A stretch of 53,614 bases of DNA from positions 1 to 53,614 of IMG/VR virus record IMGVR_UViG_3300017774_002291, one strand, 5' to 3'. The notes under the pieces are model-generated. The model did not search any database. It was not told the origin of the DNA and worked only from the letters and a program-made list of their open reading frames with translations. The position numbers were made by a program, and so were the translations under genes. This DNA is from a virus. Its lineage: Duplodnaviria > Caudoviricetes. Of the stretch, positions 40,372 to 49,331 are shown one piece after another. The first letter of the stretch is position 1. Every line of letters begins with the position of its first letter.

Positions 40372-40972
40372 ACCATATTTTTTCTTGATTCATATGACCT
40401 AAGACACAACAATAAGCGTCTGTTTGGTCAAAGTTTTCTTTTTTGAGAGTATTGTTTCTTGTGTATTGCCAAGTAATTTGAGGTTCTTTTTTAGCTATTA
40501 AATCCCATATAATTTGTTTTTTATCAATATTTTTTGGTAGACCACCAAATAAAACAAATTTACCTTTATCATTTTCTTTAACTAACTCGGGAAAGGCGAA
40601 CTTACGAGAGTTATATGTTGATATGAAGTCAGGAACCACCCCTAAAACATCGTAAATTTCTTTTGTAACTAATGTGTTAAACCTTAACAATGTTTGAACT
40701 GTATAGACGTTATTTGAGTTTAATAGAGGTTCTTCAATGATTACTTTTGTTATACCCATATCTTTGTAATCCAAAAGTTTGGTTCTAAAAATTTCACCTT
40801 TAAGAAGTAACTCTTTTATTTTATTATCTTCCTTTGGTTTTGGTGTTGGTGATACGTGAGTTAATTCCAATAATTCTCTACTTTGTATATCAAATAATGC
40901 CCAACCAATTGTTCGAGTTGAGACATCAAGACCCAAAACTTTAGGACTTTCTTTTAATTTATTTCTAATCAT
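40370..40972 (-). CDS. ruvC: RuvC-like Holliday junction resolvase
   Basis: VLGLDVSTRTIGWAL (catalytic Asp), VIIEEP (Glu), DQTDAYCC (DxxD). Confidence 0.8.
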   Translation of the reverse strand: MIRNKLKESPKVLGLDVSTRTIGWALFDIQSRELLELTHVSPTPKPKEDNKIKELLLKGEIFRTKLLDYKDMGITKVIIEEPLLNSNNVYTVQTLLRFNTLVTKEIYDVLGVVPDFISTYNSRKFAFPELVKENDKGKFVLFGGLPKNIDKKQIIWDLIAKKEPQITWQYTRNNTLKKENFDQTDAYCCVLGHMNQEKIW

Positions 40973-40986
40973 TTTTTTTTTATTAA

Positions 40987-41664
40987 TTAATTATGGTATT
41001 CCCATCGATAACCACCGGATGTTTTGTAATTATTAACACCTCTACAAACTTCGGATATATGTCTAATTTGTAAAGTCTTTTGTGCTAATGAGATTGAATC
41101 CCAAATTTTTATAAGGTTTCCGTTTAAATCAAGTTGATTTACTTTTAGTTTAACAGTTGATGATTCTGATAATTTATTTCTATATTCTATGCTAAATTTT
41201 TTACCCTTGTTTGGTGATTCTCTACCTTTACAGGATTTTGATAAATTTTTTCTGTGTTCATCAGTCCTTTCTAAACCATTATTTAACCAAGGAATTGGTT
41301 TTCCTTTTTTTGTGTTTGACATTTTTAATTTAGATTCTGATGTGTGTTTTCTACCTTTAGTTGATGGAGGTTCATCACCACCTATAGTACCATTAGTTAA
41401 ATTACATCCTAAAAAAATAAAATATGATATATAAAATTGTTCCCAATACCCCCAATTATCTTTAGAAACAATATCAATCGTTTCAATTTCTGGGTAATGA
41501 TTATTATCGATTAGTTTTCTAATCCACCTATCTTTATAACTGTCGTGTAAAAACCGTTCACTAATGTGTCTTCTAATTCTTCGTTTAACATCGGTTGTTT
41601 TACCTACATATCTAATTTGATTAGATATTGGGTCAACTAAAATATAAATAAAAACTTTTTCCAT
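40987..41664 (-). CDS. GIY-YIG homing endonuclease with NUMOD3 repeats and C-terminal NUMOD1/HTH
   Basis: FIYILVDP...RYVGKT...RR...H, E..YI, NLTNGTIGG; GRKHTSESKLKMS NUMOD3; KVNQLDLNGNLIKIWDSISLA...ISEVCRG...GGYRWEY. ATG 41664 is preferred. Confidence 0.88.
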   Translation of the reverse strand: MEKVFIYILVDPISNQIRYVGKTTDVKRRIRRHISERFLHDSYKDRWIRKLIDNNHYPEIETIDIVSKDNWGYWEQFYISYFIFLGCNLTNGTIGGDEPPSTKGRKHTSESKLKMSNTKKGKPIPWLNNGLERTDEHRKNLSKSCKGRESPNKGKKFSIEYRNKLSESSTVKLKVNQLDLNGNLIKIWDSISLAQKTLQIRHISEVCRGVNNYKTSGGYRWEYHN

Positions 41665-41686
41665 ATTAATAAATATTATGGAAAAC

Positions 41687-41714
41687 AAAAAAGTTTAGTG
41701 GTTATATCTAAACC
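41687..41714 (-). terminator. Possible weak terminator after the 41720-44131 gene
   Basis: Minus strand GGTTTAG-ATATAACCA-CTAAACT followed by a T-run. Confidence 0.4.
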
Positions 41715-41719
41715 TATTA

Positions 41720-44131
41720 TTAAAAATCAAATTTTACTAAAAATTGTTGTAGACCCTGTCTTGGGACTGGAGATTGTAACTTTGATACAATCATAAGATT
41801 AAATTCACTGTCGTAAAGACCTATCTCTGAAATTTGTGGTGTAATACCTGATGACCAAGTTGGGTTTGATGAACGTTGAAATTCTGCCTGACCAAGATTC
41901 ATCTTATACCTCATCTCATAAATTGTGGCTTGAATATCTGTTTCTAATGAACCGTAGAAATAGTACTCATCACCAAAATTAAGTGTTTCACCTGATTGGT
42001 TAATTGTTGGGAGCGTTATATTATCGTTTAATATATAGTATGAAGCTGCGTTATATAATGTTCTACTAATAATAAATGTATTTCCCGTTAAACCTGATTG
42101 TGTTATGTAACCGTTAATAGTGTTTGCACTTATTTGGCTTGTGTAGTTAATAAGTTTCCACTTATCTGATTCTGGTCTTCCACCATTTTCAACAAGTTGA
42201 CAAATAATTTGAAATGTGTTAGCAACATAACCTTCAGTTAATGTTTTTGTTGTTATTTGATTTAAACAATTAAATTCACCACCAAATCTCACAGCAACGT
42301 TTTGACTTCCCGGTGTACCACAATCAACATTTGGTCCTGATATTTTTGTGTAATAATTACAATGTAGAGAATTGGTTGCTCCCGATGAGGTATTTTTTAA
42401 TAAATAACTTACGTACATTGTTTGACTTGAACCTGTTAACACACCTAAAAATTCTGACCCCTGTGTTCCGCAACTATTCGGTGGTGTTAACGATACTGTT
42501 GACGCTGGTAAAGTCCAATTACGGTTTGACTTATATGATAACGCGGCAATTAATTCTTCATCATCAATCACAATTATTTTTTGGTCAGGAAATACTTTAC
42601 CAACTCTATTTGGTTGTGTTCCATTAGCGGATGTTTTATTATTATCCCATAAGAAATAATAACGAATACCCGGTGAGTTCATGTCACTATTTTTATTTGA
42701 TTTAATATAGTGTGGTTTTAATAATGGTTCTGTATCACTAAATATAAAGTCAGGTGGTGATACGTAAAATGTTTCCCCAAGACAACAAGTTGGTGATTTA
42801 TGCCACATTAACCAAGGAATGTGTAATTTAAAATTAATTGCTTCACCTGTTGTATCAATAGGGTTAGATGGGTCATATGGTTCTAAAGCAAATTTTTCAC
42901 CATAAAAGAAATCAATAGTTTGATTTGTATAATGAATGATGGCTATTGCTTTTTGTTCCTTAGGACTAACAACAACTTTATTACTAAGTGAATCGTAGTA
43001 ATAGTTAGAATCTTCTATCACACCCACATCATTAACAAAGGTTTGTCCACTATCTGACATATATCCTAAATATTCCTTGGTTCCAATATATGTAGATGAA
43101 CCAAAATAAGGGTAACCCAAATAAAGGTTGCTATTTAATCCCGCTGGATTTTCAGACCATGGAATGTTCATATTCCAAACTTTAACATCAAATTCATCTG
43201 TATTAGATATCGAATCAAAATTAATTACGTCTGTACTATAGTGGTCAATAGGTGTTACACTATCATATAAATCTGACATATTTGGTGGATAAATTATTGT
43301 TCTAGCGTAAGAACAACCGGATGTTACGTAAGTGTAATTTGGTGTTTTTCTATCTAACGTTACAACATTTAAACAAATATCAACTATTTTATATGTTAGG
43401 ATGTTATGACAACTATTAACATTTACAAAACTATTAATAACTGGTGTTGGTGTACAACCAGTTGGTGTTGTAGTACAACAAGTTGGTGAGGGTGTTGGTG
43501 TTGGGTCTATTCTACACGAATCGGTTGTTGGGGTAGGTGTTGGGGTAGGTGTTGGGGTAGGTGAAACCGGAGATGGTCCAACAGAACATATACTTGTACT
43601 ACCGTCAAAATAAATTGTGATTAAATCTCCTTTAGCTGGTAATCTAACAATATTACTACATCCTGATACAGTTAGTTTAATTTGAGTTCCACCGGTAAAG
43701 GTTGAAACATCAACAACATAATTTGAATTAATTGTGTATTCACTATCGGTATACGCACTCCAACTTAACGGTGTGGTAGATGTGTCAGCACTAAAGAAAC
43801 CTCTCATAGCAGCTCCGTTATATATTGGAGAAACCGCAGGGTCTGAAAATGGTATACCGTATGTGTTATTATCGTTTGTATCGACATAAAATGGGTATTT
43901 AACATTTTGTTTGTTGGTTTGTCCCGGGGCTGAATTCTGTGAATTAAAATTTGGTTCTAAAATATTAGTCGTTAATTGACCATATGAAGATGGTAATGTA
44001 TTATATGACACCTCACTATCTCCAATTTGAAAATATGAAATGTTAAAATTACCTTCAGATAGTTTTTTTCTACCTGTGTCGGTTAATCTTGTGTTGACTA
44101 AAGCTGATGTATTTTTAAGTATATATCCCAT
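41720..44131 (-). CDS. Virion protein with tail-collar/fibre-attachment-like termini and short Thr/Pro/Cys insert
   Basis: N-terminal LTDTGRKKL...ISYFQIGD and C-terminal ISEIGLYDSEFNLMIVSKLQSPV resemble tail-fibre attachment domains; PTPTPTPT tract. Confidence 0.55.
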   Translation of the reverse strand: MGYILKNTSALVNTRLTDTGRKKLSEGNFNISYFQIGDSEVSYNTLPSSYGQLTTNILEPNFNSQNSAPGQTNKQNVKYPFYVDTNDNNTYGIPFSDPAVSPIYNGAAMRGFFSADTSTTPLSWSAYTDSEYTINSNYVVDVSTFTGGTQIKLTVSGCSNIVRLPAKGDLITIYFDGSTSICSVGPSPVSPTPTPTPTPTPTTDSCRIDPTPTPSPTCCTTTPTGCTPTPVINSFVNVNSCHNILTYKIVDICLNVVTLDRKTPNYTYVTSGCSYARTIIYPPNMSDLYDSVTPIDHYSTDVINFDSISNTDEFDVKVWNMNIPWSENPAGLNSNLYLGYPYFGSSTYIGTKEYLGYMSDSGQTFVNDVGVIEDSNYYYDSLSNKVVVSPKEQKAIAIIHYTNQTIDFFYGEKFALEPYDPSNPIDTTGEAINFKLHIPWLMWHKSPTCCLGETFYVSPPDFIFSDTEPLLKPHYIKSNKNSDMNSPGIRYYFLWDNNKTSANGTQPNRVGKVFPDQKIIVIDDEELIAALSYKSNRNWTLPASTVSLTPPNSCGTQGSEFLGVLTGSSQTMYVSYLLKNTSSGATNSLHCNYYTKISGPNVDCGTPGSQNVAVRFGGEFNCLNQITTKTLTEGYVANTFQIICQLVENGGRPESDKWKLINYTSQISANTINGYITQSGLTGNTFIISRTLYNAASYYILNDNITLPTINQSGETLNFGDEYYFYGSLETDIQATIYEMRYKMNLGQAEFQRSSNPTWSSGITPQISEIGLYDSEFNLMIVSKLQSPVPRQGLQQFLVKFDF

Positions 44132-44155
44132 ACTGTATAAATATTCTAATTTTTA

Positions 44156-45433
44156 TTATGTGTTAATTATTAATGAACAACAATCACAACCATTGATAGT
44201 TGCGTTGGAGATTGAGTAAGTGTCGTTACTATACCCAACCACACAAAGTCCGGTTGTTGTTTTATCTACCCTTGATGTTGTTGATATTGTTATTGTGTCT
44301 AAATTTGTTAATGTAATTGAATTCCAAACTTCATTTATATCTGATTGATAAATAACGTTACTTTGACATCCCGGTGTCGTATTCACTGATTGTGAATTAC
44401 CCGTTACAGTACTATTAATTGCTATTGTATTACCACTTTTGGTTAATACAGTTCCTGTTGTTAGTATTGATGTTCCACTTAATGGTCCTGAATAAAAACT
44501 ATTATTATGGATTAAATCAAATGTCACTGTTGTTCCATTAGGAAGTGGGGGTGTAATGTTAACTGTTGTTACATATGAATCTACTAAAGATACCTCATTA
44601 CTAACTGGAGTTGTTTTAGTAGTGCTTAACGATAATAAATACGTTGTTGATAACTGCGGTTTATTCATTGTAATCGATTTAGAGAATACATCACCAATTG
44701 AATTAGTAATAAATAGATTATATATTCCTGAACATAAGTTTGTGAATATTGGTGAACTAGTATATGTCACACCATTATCGATTGAGTATGAAAACGGAGG
44801 GTTATCTAAATTAGAATTAAATATAATACTACCATCACACAAACAGGTTGGTTGATTAACACTCACCGGGAATGATTTACGTTGTGATGATTGACAACTA
44901 CCTAAATTATATGTTACTGTATCACTACCACCTATTTCACCCCAATTAAGAGATGGGGGGTTAGCTGTTGAAACGTCTGAGGATGTTATCTTTTTTGGGT
45001 CAGTCACAAACCCATTTACAATCCATAAACTACCGTTATAGGTCACAGTTATTGACCCATTTGATGTAAAGTAATCTTCAACCCAAGATGGGTATCCATT
45101 AACTAATACTGATGGAGAAAAATGAAGAAAAGTTTGAGAACCACCTATAGATGTTATGGTTAAACAAAAATCTTTGTATACAATATTTACCGGTGGTAAC
45201 AATGATACATTGTTTCCACAATACGTATTATAAAGGAAAATTGAGTTTGGTGTTGTATCAACTTTAATACTCACTCCCGCTTGTAATAGGGGTAAAGATA
45301 AGTTTTCGGCTAAGGATGGTGTTTGAACAGGATGAAGTGTTGCGATGGTTCCATCAATTTGATTAATGTAAATTGTATACGGACCTGGTGACGTTCCTCC
45401 TGTTATTCTTATTGTATAATATTTGTTGCTCAT
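44156..45433 (-). CDS. Cys/Thr/Ser-rich appendage protein with one SprB-like repeat
   Basis: QPTCLCDGSIIFN...PPFSYSIDNGVTYTSSPIFTNLCSGIYNLFITNSIG. Confidence 0.6.
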   Translation of the reverse strand: MSNKYYTIRITGGTSPGPYTIYINQIDGTIATLHPVQTPSLAENLSLPLLQAGVSIKVDTTPNSIFLYNTYCGNNVSLLPPVNIVYKDFCLTITSIGGSQTFLHFSPSVLVNGYPSWVEDYFTSNGSITVTYNGSLWIVNGFVTDPKKITSSDVSTANPPSLNWGEIGGSDTVTYNLGSCQSSQRKSFPVSVNQPTCLCDGSIIFNSNLDNPPFSYSIDNGVTYTSSPIFTNLCSGIYNLFITNSIGDVFSKSITMNKPQLSTTYLLSLSTTKTTPVSNEVSLVDSYVTTVNITPPLPNGTTVTFDLIHNNSFYSGPLSGTSILTTGTVLTKSGNTIAINSTVTGNSQSVNTTPGCQSNVIYQSDINEVWNSITLTNLDTITISTTSRVDKTTTGLCVVGYSNDTYSISNATINGCDCCSLIINT

Positions 45434-45435
45434 AA

Positions 45436-47637
45436 TTATATAATGTATGTTGATGATGAATATGTAACATTTCCACCTGAATATCTGTAAGCTAATTCAT
45501 AATTACGGGCGCCTGGATGTCCTGAATAAACAAAATTAGTGATGGGAGAAGCTAATATATCAAAATCATTAATGTTTGATGAGTTTGTTAAAACGGTTTT
45601 ATAATAAAATTTATATATTATGTTTTCATATGAATTGGATAGTGTCGATTTATACCCTTGATTATTATAATTACAAACAGTTCCTGAAAATGACGGTAAT
45701 AATGTTGAATTCCCTGAAAAGGGTAAAGTATTTGATAACCAATCGTAAGTTTTAAAATAAGACGCAAATTCTATATTGTTTGATGATGTTGATGAAGATA
45801 AAACGTAACTTACATTATTAAACCCGTTTGAAAAATATTTACCCGTTGCAAATGTTAATGTGTAGTTTCCAGTATAAATTGAATTTCCAGTAGAAGTCAG
45901 ATTAATTTCTGCGACTCTATCGTTTACCTTAGACATACAGTATAAATCACAATCACTTAATGATATCACATTTGTAATTGTGTTCGCGGTTAATCTAAAA
46001 TAATAATCGGACCCTGTGATACCTGTAATAACGGTTGAAGTTTGATGTACTTTAATATTGAGCATAGGTAGTTCTGCATCTGCACATGAAGACCCTTTTG
46101 TGGGGTCAGGTAAGTTAAATCTAAAACTACGATAATATGCCAAATTTGACGGATTTGTACTACCCGAATAAACACCACTAATTGATGTAATCCAAGAATT
46201 ATAATAAGATGAAATGACTGTTGATGAACCTGTAATATTGTAAACTCCTCTCCCGTCAGTTAAAAATGTTTTACTATACGTGGTGGGTTTTTGGGGTGTG
46301 TCCATATCCGTTTTACACATTGATACACCCCCCGTACTACTTCCTGGAGAACTACAAGTAATATTATTGAAGAACATATCTCCGGGACCAACATTTGTTA
46401 AATCACTAACATTACTATATACTTGGGAATAAAATGGGTATTGTTGACCAAATAAATAATAGGTGTAATAATCACTACTTTTGAAAGAACTTGATGTACA
46501 CGCACTAACACTATAATTAATATTTATTTGGTTACAAGTGAGGGTTTTTCCTGTTATACTTGACCCAATAATTTTATATGGTTGTGTTCTTAAACAATCA
46601 TTACAAGTATAATTGTTTAAACAAGTCATATATAAGTCCCAACTAGTTATGTTATTATATGGTGTTACCGTTATCAATATTTTATCGTTATTATTCACAG
46701 TTAATCCAGTTAAACAAATTAATTTACTATAGTAATTGTTAGTGTTTGCTGATTTTGGGAAAAGAGTTGGGTTAAAATTACTCGATATGTCGGTACCAAC
46801 TAAAACATCCTCCAATCCTATTTCTGTTGTCCCATAACTACTACCACTAAACTTTAATGTTAATCTATCGTGATTAGCGTATCCTTTAAAAGCGATTGCC
46901 ATAAATTTAGTTGTTGAGGAAATAACGTATGTTAACTTTACAGGTTGTGGTGTGATACCAGATTCACTTACAAAATTTACGTTATGGGAATACAAATTTT
47001 TTGTAGAAGATGTTTCAGTGTTTGTTCTATTACTACACGTTAATGGTTCTATCCTAGTTGTTGGTAAACAATTACTTAGATTTGTAAGGATTGTGTTGGT
47101 ACCTCCGGTATTTGAATAAGTTATTCCTCCTATAACTATTTTTTGAATAATTGGGGTATAATCACCTTCACTTAAAGGTATCGCACCAACACCAGTAAAA
47201 GGGTGTGGAACGTTCCATTCATTGGTAAAATCGGGACCAAAACCTGTGGTAAGAGCTAATGTTGTTGAATTATTAGGTCCATACCAATTGATATAATAAC
47301 TAGTGATTGGTTCACAAGTTCCTGTTAAAATACCACCATATAGTCTTGACACTGTGGTTGCCGAATATAATGATAACCCTATATTACAATTTAAACATAT
47401 GTTGTTATCATTAATATCTATTGTAAAACAATAATCTAAGTTAATATCTTTAATACCTAAATTATTTGTTCCTGTTGGGATATTACTAAAAATAAATGGA
47501 CATCCAATTGTGAGCTGATTTTTTGTGACAGTACTAAATGGTATTGAATTGTAATCGCTATCTAAATAGATGTCAAACGGTCCCGGTGAGACGAAAGTGG
47601 ATGTTATACAGGTTGCTGCTGAAAATGTTGTTGGCAT
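45436..47637 (-). CDS. Cys/Thr/Ser-rich putative virion protein, paralog of 49332-51545
   Basis: 733 aa; collinear motifs shared with the 737-aa ORF (e.g. WDLYMTCLNNYTCNDC vs WDFYFTCLPTFDCSLC). Confidence 0.65.
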   Translation of the reverse strand: MPTTFSAATCITSTFVSPGPFDIYLDSDYNSIPFSTVTKNQLTIGCPFIFSNIPTGTNNLGIKDINLDYCFTIDINDNNICLNCNIGLSLYSATTVSRLYGGILTGTCEPITSYYINWYGPNNSTTLALTTGFGPDFTNEWNVPHPFTGVGAIPLSEGDYTPIIQKIVIGGITYSNTGGTNTILTNLSNCLPTTRIEPLTCSNRTNTETSSTKNLYSHNVNFVSESGITPQPVKLTYVISSTTKFMAIAFKGYANHDRLTLKFSGSSYGTTEIGLEDVLVGTDISSNFNPTLFPKSANTNNYYSKLICLTGLTVNNNDKILITVTPYNNITSWDLYMTCLNNYTCNDCLRTQPYKIIGSSITGKTLTCNQININYSVSACTSSSFKSSDYYTYYLFGQQYPFYSQVYSNVSDLTNVGPGDMFFNNITCSSPGSSTGGVSMCKTDMDTPQKPTTYSKTFLTDGRGVYNITGSSTVISSYYNSWITSISGVYSGSTNPSNLAYYRSFRFNLPDPTKGSSCADAELPMLNIKVHQTSTVITGITGSDYYFRLTANTITNVISLSDCDLYCMSKVNDRVAEINLTSTGNSIYTGNYTLTFATGKYFSNGFNNVSYVLSSSTSSNNIEFASYFKTYDWLSNTLPFSGNSTLLPSFSGTVCNYNNQGYKSTLSNSYENIIYKFYYKTVLTNSSNINDFDILASPITNFVYSGHPGARNYELAYRYSGGNVTYSSSTYII

Positions 47638-47644
47638 ATATCTT

Positions 47645-48319
47645 TTAAGTTATTTCATATGTGTATCCGGACATTATGGTAGGAATACATTCATCCACGT
47701 ATATTTCGACAATACTAGACTCAAATGTACAAATTTTTGGTGTGTTAATATAACACACGGTTGTTGCTGTATAATCACCAAAATAATCTACTGTGGTTGC
47801 GGTATAAGAACCGTTACCTAAAGAATTAAGAGCTGGTGATATATTACTCTTATCTAACCAAGTCCAAGTTGTGGTATATTGAGGTGTTCCACCGGTTATT
47901 GATAAAGAAACCTCACCATCAGAATTATCAAATGATGATGGGTTTGAAACAACACATTCAACAACCATTGGTAATATTGTAATGACACCACATTCGTTTT
48001 TATAACCCGATATTACCGGTGGTATTACCGGTGGTGGTGTATAACAGGGAAAAATATTTGTACATTCCACACAATTCGTGTAAGTATAAAAAGACGGCGA
48101 TGATGTATATAGTTGATTTACATCAGGTAATTGAGTTGTTGTGGTCCCACTATATGTAACACATCCGGAAAATGAACCAACACCGGTACCAATGGTTACA
48201 AAATAATTTGACCCGGGTGTGTCATAGAAATTTGACCATAATATTATTGGATTGGTATTATTAATAATACCAAATGGTTCACTACCACAACACGATGTAA
48301 AATAATAAAATTGTGACAT
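47645..48319 (-). CDS. Cys-rich protein with one SprB-like repeat
   Basis: VSNPSSFDNSDGEVSLSITGGTPQYTTTW...LNSLGNGSYTATTVD. Confidence 0.6.
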   Translation of the reverse strand: MSQFYYFTSCCGSEPFGIINNTNPIILWSNFYDTPGSNYFVTIGTGVGSFSGCVTYSGTTTTQLPDVNQLYTSSPSFYTYTNCVECTNIFPCYTPPPVIPPVISGYKNECGVITILPMVVECVVSNPSSFDNSDGEVSLSITGGTPQYTTTWTWLDKSNISPALNSLGNGSYTATTVDYFGDYTATTVCYINTPKICTFESSIVEIYVDECIPTIMSGYTYEIT

Positions 48320-48334
48320 TATATATTCTTAGTT

Positions 48335-48346
48335 TATTTATAAATA
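48335..48346. promoter_or_regulatory. Palindromic TATTTATAAATA, candidate late-promoter motif readable on both strands
   Basis: Lies in the divergent intergenic region between 48319(-) and 48423(+). Confidence 0.4.
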
Positions 48347-48422
48347 ATCTAAAGTTTGATTTTATCAAAATATAATTGACATTTGTTGTTAATAAATGGT
48401 GAGGTGGTTGATATTTATAGAT

Positions 48423-48608
48423 ATGAGACTAATAGATACAATATCAAATGTTGTTACTGAGGCTAAAAATGTCTACGAAACGGCTTGTGACAGAGGTGTT
48501 CCTGAGAAGGAACTTGATAGATTAGAAAAAAATTACTACGAATCCTTAAAACTTTTAAGGATATATGAAAATTTGGGTAAGAAACCAAAAGAAGATAGTT
48601 TAAATTAA
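48423..48608 (+). CDS. Small hypothetical protein, counter-oriented within the minus-strand cluster
   Basis: MRLIDTISNVVTEAK... 61 aa; ATG 48423 preceded by TATTTATA (48412-48419); fills the gap between neighbours without overlap. Confidence 0.6.
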   Translation: MRLIDTISNVVTEAKNVYETACDRGVPEKELDRLEKNYYESLKLLRIYENLGKKPKEDSLN

Positions 48609-48614
48609 ATAATT

Positions 48615-49328
48615 TTATATTATAGAATTTGAACATATAGAGAATAAAGAACCAGATTCACCACCATTCCCTGAAATTGTTAATGATGTAAAGTTATCTG
48701 AATTGTGGATTAAAAACTTACCACCACCACCTGATGCTGAAGTACCAACTCCGGAGGTTATTTGATTACCAACTATTGTTGTGTAACAATTTTCATTTGA
48801 TGTTATTGTTGGAATACCTGTCCCTGTGTTAGTTGTAAATACAAAGGTTTCACCTAATGGTGTTCCACTTCCTGTTATAAAAATAGTAATATTATTAACT
48901 GTTGAACTAAAATTCATTGTGTAGGTAAATGCTCCGGATTGACCTAACCATATTGAGTTGACAGGTGTTGTTACGGTTCCACAACTTGTGTATTCTGTAA
49001 GATATATACCAACACTACCTGTATGTGTTTCTGTTATTGTTATACCATTTATTGTTATTGGTGGAACAACAGAACTATCACAAATTGGTAATGGGAATAT
49101 AGAGTTACAATCAATAATCTTAAATCTCTCACACCCATCCGATGTTATAATTTTAATACCAACAGCTGGTGACATATTAAATTGGGGAGGTAATACTACT
49201 TCAACAGGAGATGGTACAGAAACATTGATTTGAACGAGGTATCCACAATTATTTCCATAGACATCACATACGTAAACATCATATGGGTAAGTTAAACCTG
49301 TAATACTATTTAGAGTTATTGTTGTCAT
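48615..49328 (-). CDS. Putative virion appendage protein
   Basis: 237 aa; N-terminal module PYDVYVCD...C...VLPPQF...GIKIITSDGC shared with the last ORF; beta-rich C-terminal domain. Confidence 0.6.
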   Translation of the reverse strand: MTTITLNSITGLTYPYDVYVCDVYGNNCGYLVQINVSVPSPVEVVLPPQFNMSPAVGIKIITSDGCERFKIIDCNSIFPLPICDSSVVPPITINGITITETHTGSVGIYLTEYTSCGTVTTPVNSIWLGQSGAFTYTMNFSSTVNNITIFITGSGTPLGETFVFTTNTGTGIPTITSNENCYTTIVGNQITSGVGTSASGGGGKFLIHNSDNFTSLTISGNGGESGSLFSICSNSII

Positions 49329-49331
49329 AAA

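Noticed and set aside
1446-49233. Short (60-105 aa) ORFs nested in or antisense to long genes
   Set aside because: Overlapped by well-supported genes, with no recognisable motifs or independent start signals.
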